Part shown: positions 47,883-59,733 of the stretch, piece after piece
How the letters are laid out: every line of letters begins with the position of its first letter
How positions within the stretch are numbered: position 1 is the stretch's first letter
Assembly: GCF_044704955.1 (NCBI RefSeq)
Contig: NC_091995.1
Span: 4,898,001 to 4,962,000, forward strand
Direction of reading: 5' to 3'
Source: Pristiophorus japonicus
Lineage: Eukaryota
Length of the DNA: 64,000 nucleotides
The notes under the pieces: model-generated
What the model saw: only the letters and a program-made list of their open reading frames with translations
Told to the model about the DNA's origin: nothing
The model's database searches: none
Translations under genes and position numbers: made by a program

Positions 47883-50099
47883 CTTCCCTTAGCAACCTGG
47901 GATGCAAGCAATCCGGACCAGGTGATTTATCTACTCTGAGCATATCCAGCCTTTTCAATACATCCTGCCGTACACCTTTCACCCCATCCATTACCTCTAC
48001 TATCTCCGCTTCTACCGATATTTTATCAGCATTCTCTTCCTTAGTAAACACCGATACAAAGTAATCATTAAGTATTTCAGGCTTGCCCTTCGCCTCTAAG
48101 CCTATATCACCTTCTTTGTCCCGAATAGGCCCCACCTCGCCTCTTAATAATCACATTATTTACATGCTGGTGGAAGATTTTTGAGTTCTCTTTTATTTTA
48201 ACCGCCATTCTATTCTGATATTCTCTCTTTGTCAGTCTTATTTCCCTCTTCACTTCACCTCTCAACGTATTGTACTTGGCCTGTATCTATGTAATTAGTT
48301 TTATTTAAACTTAAGACTCTAGTTTCGAACTTAGGCAAGTCACTTTCAATTACACTAATGTGTAATTCTGTCATATTATGGTCCCTCTGCCCTAGATAAT
48401 CCTTTACTGTGAGATTGCTAATTAACCCTGTCTCATTGCACTACAACATCTAAAATAGCCCGTTCCCTGGTTGGTTCCATGACGTATTGTTCTAGGAAAC
48501 TGTCCTGAATGCACTCCATGAACTCATCCTCCAGACTACCTTTGCCAATTTGATTTTTCCATTCTATAAGTTTAAATCCCCCACGATTATTGCATTACCT
48601 TTGTTACAAGCTCGAACTATTTCTTGATTAATATTCTGTCCAAAGATGTAGCTACTGTTAGGGGGCTTATATACTACTCATGCCAATGTTTTCTGCCCCT
48701 TATTATTCCTTAACTCCACCCATACTGAGCCAGGATGCTTTCTCTCTACTGGCCTTATGTCATCCTTTATTATCAGGGCTACTCCTTCCTTTTCCATTCT
48801 GCTTGTCTTTTTGAAACGTCAAGTACCCTGGAACATTTAGTTCCCAATCTTGGTCACCTTGCAACCTCATCTTTGTAATGAAATTAAATCAAACCATTTA
48901 CTTCTATTTCTGCCACTAGTTCGACTATCTTGTTACGAATGCTTCGTGCATCCAGCTAAAGAATCTTTCATTTTTTTACCATTATTCCCTGCTTTGACTT
49001 TATTCTATGCTGCACTGCTACAGTTAAACCCTCTGTCCCTTCCTATTGCACTCTGCTTATTTTTACCCAAATCGCTACACTGCTCTATTGCCTTAACATT
49101 TCTCTTTACATTTCCAATTTTTCCCTCACATGACCCTCCCCCCACTTTTTTTTATTTTAAAGCCCTATCTACAGCACGAGTTATTCGATTCACCAGGATG
49201 CTGGGCCCAGCCCGGTTTAAGTGGAGCCCATCCCGATGGTACAGCTCCCTTTTTCCCCAGTGCTGGGGCCAGTGCCCCATGAATTGAAACCCCTTCTTCT
49301 CACACCACTCTTTGAGCCATGCATTTAACTCAATGGTCTGCTTGATCCGATGCCATTTTACGCGTGGCTCAGGTATTAATCCAGAGATTATTACATTCGA
49401 GGTTCTGCTTATTAATTTAGATTCTAGCTCCTCAAACTCCCGCGGCAGAACTTCATTCTTAGTTCTATCTATTTCTTTGGTTCCTACGAAACCTGTGGAC
49501 CACGACAACTTGATCCTCCCCCTCCAACCCAAGTTCTTTTCCAGCCGCGAGAAGATACCCTTAAGCTGGGCAGGCAGCACAGCTTTCACAGATGAGGACA
49601 AATTTCTTCACTCAGAGAGTTCCGAATCTTTTGAAATCTCTACCCCAGAGGGCTGTAGATGCTGGTTATATTGAAGGCAGAGTTCGACAGATTTTTGGAT
49701 ACCAAGGGAATCAAGGTGTATGAGGATAGGGCGGGAAATTGTTATTGACATAGGAGATCAGCCATGATTTTATTGAATGGGGGAGCAGGCTCGAGGGGCT
49801 GCATTGCCCACTGCTGCTCCTATTTCTTATGTTCTTAGGATTTCTCCTCTCACCTCCTCCTTTTCCCTCTTCATTTCCTCAGCCTTAGTAAATGCCCATT
49901 TAACTCTGAGTCTGGTGCTGGGTGCACCCTGAAAAGTCCGAGACTGCTTTCTCTCTTCGTAAATTCAATCACTATTTCATGCAGATGTGAAGAGCGCTGC
50001 CAGAGATACAAGAGTGATGTCAGAGGGAGAACGGCCCCTGGAACCGCCCACAGGAACACGACACCAGCAGTTTGAATCAGGAAGCGCTGAAGCGGAATC

Positions 50100-52522
50100 A
50101 TGTCTTCCAGACAGCAAGCCCAGAGTTTGATCGAGGAGGCAATTTGTCCCATTTGTCTGGATTTCTTCACCGATCCGGTAATACTGGAGTGTGGGCACAA
50201 CTTCTGCCGCTCCTGTGTCACTCGGTGCTGGGCAAAGAAGAGGAGAATCTCCTGCCCGGAATGTAGAGCGGAGTTTTCGAAAAGAAACCTCAAGGCTAAT
50301 CGGGCCTTAGCGAGACTGGCTGAGAAAGTGCGAATATTAAACTTGAATCTGAAAGAGAAGGAACGTAAACTTCACTGTGAGGAACATCACGAAGAACTGA
50401 AGCTGTTTTGTGAAACTGACAAGAAACTGATCTGTTTGATCTGTAGAGATGCGCGGGAACACAGAGAGCACCGCTTCATGCCCATTAAAGAAGCTGTTGG
50501 AATCTACAAGGTAAAAGGGAACAGATTTGATCACCTGGTTATTTCAGCACATTTTCATGGTCTAACACTTTAATTCTGTGATTTTCTCTCCCAATCCCAG
50601 GATCGGCTGAAAACTTCCTTATATTCTCTCGCAGAGAAGAAATCGGCGGCTCTTGAAACGGAATTAAAACAGAAACAGCAGATTTCCGGAGTTAGGGTAA
50701 GGTCTCCCTGAGCTGATTTTCGGGGATCTCGGTTAGTTTTGTTCCCTCTATCGCGGGACATTAATTATGTTTCACATTTCATTTGGTAGGAACAGTCGAG
50801 CAGTCTGCAGACCCGCATCACATCCGAGTTCACTAAAATGCACCAGATTCTCACTGCGAAAGAGCAGCGTTTAATCCGAGATCTTAGGGAACAAGAGGGG
50901 AAGATTGTAGAAACAATGGAGAAAAACCTTCGAGAAATTCAAGAGAATTTAAATTCCATTCAGGAGAAGCTCTCAAAGTTACAGAAACAGATGGAGCAAA
51001 AAGACGGGCTGATATTTCTGAAGGTGAGGATTATATTGTGGGTCAGTTCAGTGAAACTTCACACAGTCACAAAATAACCGATGACAACTGCAATAAATGC
51101 AGCATTTGCTGAAAAATTCGGAACTGATTAAAACCGATTGTTTTGTCTCTGCCGGTGCGGTTCTGCTATCGGCACGGAAAGATACCAACCACTGCCACAC
51201 TATTTGTAGAATCATGGCAATGAGTTGCCATTGATATTTTGCTTATAATTATTTCCATGCTGCGCAAGTTTGATATTTTCCTGGAGCTCACATTGGAATC
51301 CAGTTACAGTTCCATGTTGTGAGTGTGAGTGTGTCTGGTACGGTGGGGGTGACAGCCACTGTGTGTTTGAGTGGCACTGAAGTTGAGTTCCAGTATCTGA
51401 CACACGAATCAGAATGTTCAACTACTTGCAATCATAGAATCCTACAGCACAGAAAGCGACGATTCAGCCATGGTGCCTGTGCTGGCTGTTTTAAAACAGC
51501 GATCAAATTAGTGCTTTCCCCCTGCTCTTTCTCCATAGCCTTGTTTTTATTCGTTTTCAAGTGTCTATTCTATTCCCTTTTGAAAGTTGCTGTTAAATGT
51601 GCTCCCACTCAATGAATGCATTGCAGATGATCCCAACTTATTGATTAAAAAAATTCCCTCTATTTTTCTGCCAATTGTCTTCAATCTGTGTCCTCTGACT
51701 GGGAACCTCCTGCCAGTGGAACAAGATTCTACTTATTTACTCTGTCAATACCACACCTAATTTTGAACACCTCTATTAAATATTCCCTTCATCCCCTCTG
51801 CTCGAAGGAGAACACTCCCAGCTTCTCCAGTCTTTCCACATAACTGAAGTCTCTCATCCCTGGTACATACTGGCAAATCTCATCTGCTCCTTCTTCAAGG
51901 CCTTGACATCCTCCCTAAAGTGTGGTGGCCAGAATTGGACATAATGCTCCAGCTGAGGCCTAACCAGTTATTTAGAAAGGTTTGGGATAATGTCCTTGCT
52001 TTTGCGCTCTACACCACCATTTACGAAGCCAAGGGTCCCCTGTTTTCTTTTAACAGCTTTATCAACTTTTCCTTCCCCCGTACACATTTCATTTTGTGAT
52101 CCGTCCGGTCCCTCTGTTCCTGAACCGCATTAACACTGTATGATTTAGTTTAGATTGCCTCTCCAAATTTTTCCTTCCAAATTGCATCACTTCAGAGATC
52201 CTACATTAAACTTTATCTGCCCTTTTCACCAGTCTGTCTATGTCCTCCTGGAGTTTGATGCTATCCTCCTCACTGTTTACTATATTTCCAAATTTTGTGC
52301 CATCTGTAAATTTTAAAATGGTAATCTCCAAACCAAAGACCAAGTCATTATTACATATCAAAAAGCACAGTTATATTCTCTTTCTTTCTGTGTCGGCAGC
52401 AGTGAGTATCACACATTTGTAACAATTTGTGTAAATTCTGCTGTCTGAATATGGACGGTCAGTCTCTGGTAACTTAGATTTGTGTTTTATTTCATTCAGG
52501 AGGAAGCTCGTCGGAAGAGGAG
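50100..52522 (+). CDS. TRIM-C: RING/B-box/coiled-coil exons 50100-50510, 50601-50696, 50790-51023, 52500-52522; exon 5 and B30.2 exon not found in the window
   Basis: [39 protein letters not shown]...[15 protein letters not shown]; 411/96/234/23-nt exons with GT-AG, open frame. Confidence 0.88.
51430..52365 (-). mobile_element. Degenerate CR1 3' fragment in TRIM-C intron 3
   Basis: atcatagaatc tail; ccagctgaggcctaaccag (LVRPQLE on the minus strand). Confidence 0.75.
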
Positions 52523-52627
52523 GTAAGACACGCTCTTTACTGAAACTACACAGTTTGGGAAAATAACTCAGCACAGCTTTTTGGTCAATTTATAACATCA
52601 ACTGTTTAATACTTGGGTGTATCTATT

Positions 52628-53117
52628 TGTAACACGAAAGTTCTGATTGGTCCCCTTGGAGGACAAGGCATGCCCAGCAGTTTCTCTGGAATGTGTAATT
52701 AGATCTTCCCCGCCTACTTAATCAGTGACTTTGCAAAGTGCAATTTGAACCCTTCTGACTGCTGACTCCAGACAGAACAGAGCTCACTTGGAGCAGAGAG
52801 GGCCCACCCTCGCAGGTAAAGACCTTCTCCCACCACCAAAATATGTTTGTGCCACTGCCGCCCAAGTTCCTGAACTCTGCCCTCCACCACACCCCCATGG
52901 ATGGGGCATTGTCTGTGGGTCACAGTTTGGTAACAGGTTTATTGTGTATGAAGTGAATAGTGACAGTGTTGTGACTTCTGGATTTCGTCCAGTCCAATGA
53001 TCTCACTTGCCACACACGCACCAGGCTTTCCAAAAATCAACCACGAGAAAATGACGTGGTGCGGGTGTAAAGTTGGATCACGTTCTCGCTCTCACTTCCC
53101 CCTTTAAACCGGTAACA
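52628..53117 (-). mobile_element. Possible solo LTR
   Basis: tgtaac...gtaaca termini and a minus-strand AATAAA at ~52938; TSD not convincing. Confidence 0.25.
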
Positions 53118-53149
53118 CGTTCTTCCACCGTACCCTCTGTGCTCTATGT

Positions 53150-54152
53150 ACACTTTATCCCCCACCCCCACCCCCTCCCCGTTCCTGATATCCACTCCCC
53201 TCCTGCTCTCTCTCCTTTTCCCTCTCCTCTCTCTCCCTTCCGCCTCCAATAACTTCGCTCTGGCCCTCCTCTCTCTCCCCCAANNNNNNNNNNNNNNNNN
53301 NNNNNNNNNNNNNNNNNNNNNNNNNNNNNNNNNNNNNNNNNNNNNNNNNNNNNNNNNNNNNNNNNNNNNNNNNNNNNNNNNNNNNNNNNNNNNNNNNNNN
53401 NNNNNNNNNNNNNNNNNNNNNNNNNNTCTCGCTCTCTCCCCGAGTCCCTCCATACTCCCCAGTCTCAAACTTTCCCTTACCCCGGTCTCTCTTTCTCCAG
53501 TCTCTCTCTCCCTCTCTCACCCCCTCCCCCCTCAGTCTATCTCTCCCCCTCCCATTTATTCTCTCCCACAGACTGTTTTACTCCAGTCTATCTCTCCACT
53601 GTCTCTTTCTACTCCAGTCTCTCTCTCTCCCTCTTTTTCCCTCTCCCCAGTATCTCTCTCTCTCAGCAGTCGCTCTGCCCCTGTCTATCTCTCCCTCTCT
53701 AATTCTTTCTCTCTCTGAACCTCTTTCACTCTCTTCCAAGTCTTTCTCTCCCCCTCTCTCCCCCAGTCTCTTTCTCCAGTCTCTCTCTCCCAATCTCTTT
53801 CTCTCACTCGCTCTCTCTCTCTCAGTCTCACTCTCCCCTGTCTTTCTCTCTCCACAGTCTCCCTCTCGCTCTCTCTCCCCCAGTCTTTCTCTCTCCACAG
53901 TCTCCCTCTCTCTCTCTCTTCCAGTCTCTCTCTCTCCCCAGTCTCTCTCTCCCCACTCTCTCCCAGTTTCTGTCTCTCCATGAGTCCCATTCCTTCTCTG
54001 CCCCAAGTCCCTCTCTCTTTCTCTTTCTCTGTGTTTCTCTCTCACTCAGCCTCGCCCTCTATCTCTCCCCGAGTCCCTCTCTCTATCTCTTCCCTCAGTC
54101 TCTGTCTATCCCCAGTCTCTCCCTCTCTCTCTTCCTCCCCAGCCTCTCGACC

Positions 54153-54212
<60 letters not shown>

Positions 54213-54929
54213 CTATTCCCTTTTCCTGCAGTCTCTCTCTTTCCTTCTCTCACCCAGTCTCAAATATTTTGGCTGTACCTGTAAATCAAATATAAATCAT
54301 ATGTAAAAATGGGGCACTAAAACCGACAATTTAAACAAATTAACTTTTAACAATAATGGTTCAAATTAAAATTGGATGCACATGGAAGGCCGCGAGCGTA
54401 CCGATGGACACCACGTGCTTCATCACCCGGGACACACTGGCTCGGATGTAACCGTGGAAGAGAGGCACGCAGTCGGGCTGAATGACCCTCCTCGACCTCC
54501 TGCTGACTGGACCGGTTGATGGCCACCTTGGCCATGCTCCCCCAGTCTCAACCTTTCCCTCTCTCCAGTCTCTCTTTCTCCAGTCTCCCTTTCTCCTTCT
54601 CTCACACACTCTTCTCCCCTTAGTCTATCTCTCCCCTCTGATTATTTCTCTCCCACAGACTTTCTCTCTCCAGTCTTTCTCTCCACACTATCTCTTTCTA
54701 CCCCAGTCTCTCTCTTCCAAGCTTCTCTCCCCCTCTTTCTCCCTCTCCCCAGTCTCGCTCACCCCAGTCTCTCCCTCTCCACACCAATCTCTTTTTCTCT
54801 CCCGTCTCTCTCTCCAGACTCTCTCTCCAGTCTCGCTCTCTCCAGTCACTCTCCCCCTCAGCCTATCTCTCCCTCTCTGATTCTTTCTCTCCCCCAGTCT
54901 CTCCTTCCACCTCTCTCACTCTCTCTTCC

Positions 54930-54964
<35 letters not shown>

Positions 54965-57900
54965 GTCTCTATTTCTCCAATGTCTCTTTCCAAGTCTCTT
55001 TATCTATCTCTCCCGCCGTCTCTCTCTATCCCCAGTCTCTCTCTCTCTCTCTCTTACCCAGTCTCTCTCTCTCTCCCCGAGTCCGTCTCCCTCTCTGTCC
55101 CCAGTCCATCTCTCTTTCTCTTTCATCCTGCTTCTTTCACTCACTCAGGCTCACCCTCTATCTCTCCCCGAGTCCCTCTACCTGTCTCTTTCTCCTTCGT
55201 CTCTCTCTCTCTATCCCCAGTCTATATTTCTCTCTTCCTCCCAAGTCTCTTCCTCTCGACCCAGTCACTCTCTCTCCCTTCCTCTCTCTCTCTATTCATT
55301 CTCTTTTTCTGTACACTCACTCTTTCACTCTCCCTCAGTCTCAATCATTCCCTTTCTCCAGTCTCTCTCTATTTCCCTCTTTCGCCCCCCTCAGTCTATC
55401 TCTTCCCCTCTGATTCTTTCTCTGCAACAGACTGTCTGTCTCGCCACACTTTCTTTTCTACCCCAGTCGCTCTCTTCCAAGTCTCTCTCTCACCCTTTCT
55501 CTCGTTCTCCCCAGTATTTCCCTCTCCCTAGTCTCCCCCTCCACCCCAGTCTCTTTCTCTCCAGTCTCTCTTTCTCCAGTCTCTCTCTCCAGTCTCGCTT
55601 TCTCCAGTCTTGCTCTCTCCTAGTCTATATCTCTCCCTCTTATTCTTTCTCTCCACCAGACACTCTCCACCAGTCTCTCTCCCTATCTCACTCTCCCTCT
55701 CTCTCCCCAGTCACTTTCTCCAGTCTCCTCTCTCTCCCAGTCTCTTTCTCTCTCTCTCTCCCTCCCAGTCTCTCTGTCTCTCTCTATCCATTCCTTTTTC
55801 CTGCAATCTCTCTATTTCCCTCTCTCCCCCAGTCTCAACCTTTCCCTCTCTCCAGTATTTCTTTCTCCAGTCTCTCTCTCCCTCTCCCCCCCTCCCCCCC
55901 TCCCCCCACCCCTAGTCTATATCTCCCCCTCAGATTATTTCTCTCCCACAGATGAGCTTTCTCCAATCTCTCTCTCCACACTGTCTCTTTCTACCCCCAT
56001 CTCTCTCTTTCCCTCTCTCTTCCAAGTCTCTCCCTCCCTCGCCCCAGTCTCTCCCTCTCCACCCCGATCTCTCTCTCTCTTGCTCCAGTCTGTCATTCTC
56101 CAATCTCTCTCTCCAGTCGTTCTGCCCCTCAGTCTATCTCTCCCTCTCTGATTGTTTCTCTCCCCCAGTCTCTCTCTCCACCTCTCTCACGATCTCTTCC
56201 AAGTCTCTCTCTATCCCCAGTCTCTCTTTTGCTAGTCTCTCTCCCAGTCTCTTTATCTCTCTCTCTCCCAGTCTCTCTCTCCCAGTCTCTCTCTCTCCCC
56301 AGTCTCTCTCTCTCTCCCTAGTCTTTCTTTCTCTCTCTCTCCCAGTCTCTCTCTCCCCAGTCCCTCTCTCTCTCTCTATCACTCTCTCCTCCAGTCTCTC
56401 TCCCCCCTAGTCTCTCTCTCCCAGTTTCTCTCTCTCTCCCCTAGTCCCTCTCCCTCTCTGTCCCCCAATCCATCTCGCTTTCTCTTTCTCCCTATTTCTC
56501 TTTCTCACTCAGCCTCGCCCTCTCCCTCTCTGTCCCACCTCAGTCGCTCTTTCGATCCAGTCTTTCTCTCTTTCACTCACTCTCTCTCTCTCTCTCTCTC
56601 TCTTTATCCATTCCCTTCTCCTGCAGTCTGTCTCTTTCCCTCTCTCCCCCAGTCTCCACCTTTCCCTCGCTCCAGTCTCTCTTTCTCCAGTCTGTCTCTC
56701 TCCCTCTCTCACCCCCTCTGCCCCCTCAGTCTGTCTCTCCCCCGCAGATTATTTCTCTCGCATAAACTGTCTCTCTCCAGTCTATGTCTCCACACTGTCT
56801 CTTTCTACCCCAGTCTCTCTCTTTCACTCTCTCTTCTGTCTCTCTCTCTCCCTCTTTCACCCTCTCCCCACTTTCTCCCTCTACACACCAATCTCTTTTT
56901 ATCTCCAGTCTTTCATTCTCCAGTTTCTCTCTCTCTCCAGTCGCTCTGTCCCTCAGTCTATCTCTCCCTCTCTGATTCGTTCTCTCCCCCAGTCTCTCTC
57001 TCTCCACCTCTCTCGCTCTCTCTTCAAAGTCTATCTCTCTCTCTCTCTCTCTCTCTCCCTCTCTCTCTCCAGTCTCTCTTTCTCCAATCCTTCTCTCTCT
57101 CCCAGTCTCCTTCACTCTCTCTCTCCCAGTCTCTCTCCCTCCCAGTTTCTCTCTCTCTCCCCGAGTCCTTCTCCCTCTCTGTCCCCCAGTCCATCTCTCT
57201 TTCTCTTTCTCCGTGTTTCTCTCTCTCACTCAGCCTCGCCCTCCATCTCTCCCCGAGTCCCTCTTTCTATCTCTCTCCTCAGTCTCTCTCTATCCCCAGT
57301 TACTCTCTCGCGCTTTTCCGTCCCAGTCTCTCCCCCTTGGCCCAATCTTTCTCCCAATCTCACTCTCTCTCTCTCTCTCTATCCATTCCCTTTTCTGCAG
57401 TCTCTCTCTTTCACTCTCTACTCCAGTCTCAACCTCTCCCTCTCTCCAGTCTCTATTTCTCCAGTCTCTCTCTCTCTCTCTCTCTCCCTCTCCCTCTCTC
57501 ACCCCATCTCTCCCCATCAGTCTATTTCTCCCCCTCCAATTCTTTCTCTTCCACAGACTGTCTCTCTCCAGTCTGTCTCTCCATTGTCTCTTTCGACTCC
57601 AGTCTCTCTCTATTCCTATTTCTCCCTCTCTCCAGTCTCTCTCTCTCACCAGTCTCTCGCTCTCCCCTGTCTTTCCCTCTACACCCCAATCTCTTGCTTT
57701 CTCCAGTCGCTCTGCCGTTCAGTCTCTCTCCCTCTCTGATTCTTTCTCTGCCCCAGTCTCTCTACCTCTCNNNNNNNNNNNNNNNNNNNNNNNNNNNNNN
57801 NNNNNNNNNNNNNNNNNNNNNNNNNNNNNNNNNNNNNNNNNNNNNNNNNNNNNNNNNNNNNNNNNNNNNNNNNNNNNNNNNNNNNNNNNNNNNNNNNNNN

Positions 57901-58521
57901 CCAGTCTCTCTTTTGCCAGTCTCTCTCACATCTCTTTCTCTCTCTCTCTCCCAGTCTCTCTCTCCCCAGTCTCTCTCTCTCTCTCACTCACTCTCTGACT
58001 CTCCCAGTCTCTCTCTTTCTCCCCTCAGTCTCTCTCTCCCAGTTTCTCTCCCTCGCCCTCTCTGTCCCCCAGTTCATCTCGCTTTCTCTTTCTCCCTGTT
58101 TCTCTCTCTCACTCAGCCTCGCGCTCTACCTCTCCCTGAGTCCCTCACTCGCATTCCTCAGACTCTCTCTATCCCCAGTCTTTCTCTCTATCACTCTCTC
58201 TCTCTTTATCTATCTATTCCCTTTTCCTGCAGTCTCTCTCTTTCCCTCTCTCCCCCAGTCTCAACCTTTCCCTCGCTCCAGTCTCTCTTTCTCCAGTCTC
58301 TCTCTCTCACCCTCCCTCCCCCCCACCCCGCCCGTTAGTCTACCTCTCCTCCTCCGATTCTTTCTCTCCCAGAGATTGTCTCTCGCCAGTCTTTATTTCC
58401 ACACTGTTTCCTTCTACCCAATCTCTCTCTTTCACTCTCTTCCAAGTCTCTCTCTCCCTCTCACCAGTCTCTCGCTCTCCACACCAATCTCTTTCTCTCT
58501 CCAGTCTCTCTTTCTTGAGTC

Positions 58522-58557
<36 letters not shown>

Positions 58558-59702
58558 GTCTCACTCTCTTCAGTCGCTCTTCCCCTCAGTCTATCTCTCT
58601 CTGATTATTTCTCTCCCCCAGTCTCTCTCTCTCTACCTCTCTCACTCTCTCTCTCCCAGTCTCTTTCACTCTCTCTTTCCCCTCTCTCTCTCTCTTTCTT
58701 ACCCAGTCTCTCTCTCTCCCCAAATCCGTCTCCCTCTCTGTCCCCAATCCCTCTGTATTTCTCTTTCACCCTGCTTCTTTTGCTCACTCAGCCTCGCCCT
58801 CTATCTCTCCCCGAGTCCCTTTCTCTATCTCTCTCTTCAGTCTCTCTCTCTCTATCCCCAGTCTGTCACTCTCTCTCTCTCTCTGTTCCACCCTAGTCTC
58901 TCTCAATCCAGTATTTCTCTCTCTCTCACTCTCTCGCTCTCTCTCTTTATCCATTCCCTTCTCCTGCAGTCTGTCTCTTTCCCTCTCCCCCAGTCTCAAC
59001 CTTTCCCTCTCTCCAGTCTCTCTCTCCCTCTCTCAAACCCTCCCCCTCTCCGTCTCTCTATCTCTCTCCTCAGTCTCTCTCTATCCCCAGTTTCCCTCTT
59101 TCTCTCTTCCTCCCCAATCGTTCCCCCTCGACCCAATCTTTCTTCCACTCTCACTCTCTATCCATTCCCTTTTCTGCAGTCTCTCTCTTTCGCTTTCTCC
59201 TCCAGTCTCAACCTCTCGCTCTCTCTTTCTCCAGTCTCCCTCGCTCTCCCTCTCTCACCCCCTCTTGCCCCCTCAGACTATTTCTCCCCCTCCAATTCTT
59301 TCTCTCCCACAGACTGTCTCTCTCCAGTCTATCTCTCCACTGTCTCTTTCTACTCCAGTCTCTCTCTCCCTCTTTCACCCTCTCTCCAGTCTCACTCTCT
59401 CACCAGTGTCTTGCTCCCCCCTGTCTTTCCCTCTACACCCCAATCTCTTGCTCTCTCCAGTTGCTCTGCCGCTCATTCTCTCTTCCTCTCTGATTCTTTC
59501 TCTGCCACAGTCTCTCCACCTCTCTCACTCTCTCTTCCAAGTCTCTCTCCCTCCCTCTCTCCCCAGTCTCTCTTTCTTCAATCTCTCTCTCTGTCTCTCT
59601 CTCCCATTCTCTTTCACTCTCTTTCTCCCAGTCTCTATCTCCAATCTCTCTCCTCATCTCTCTCCACAGTCTCTCTCCATAGTCGCTTTCTCTATCGCTC
59701 TC

Positions 59703-59733
<31 letters not shown>

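Larger units (their letters stand above)
42690..49600 (-). mobile_element. Older CR1 (42690-43495 and 47883-49600, including an ORF1 esterase remnant) hosting the young CR1
   Basis: DKSPGPDCLHPRLLREV|VEIVKGLAIIFQSS is continuous across the nested insertion; 49152..49601 has GTKEI...VIISGLIP...DGLHLN. Confidence 0.82.
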
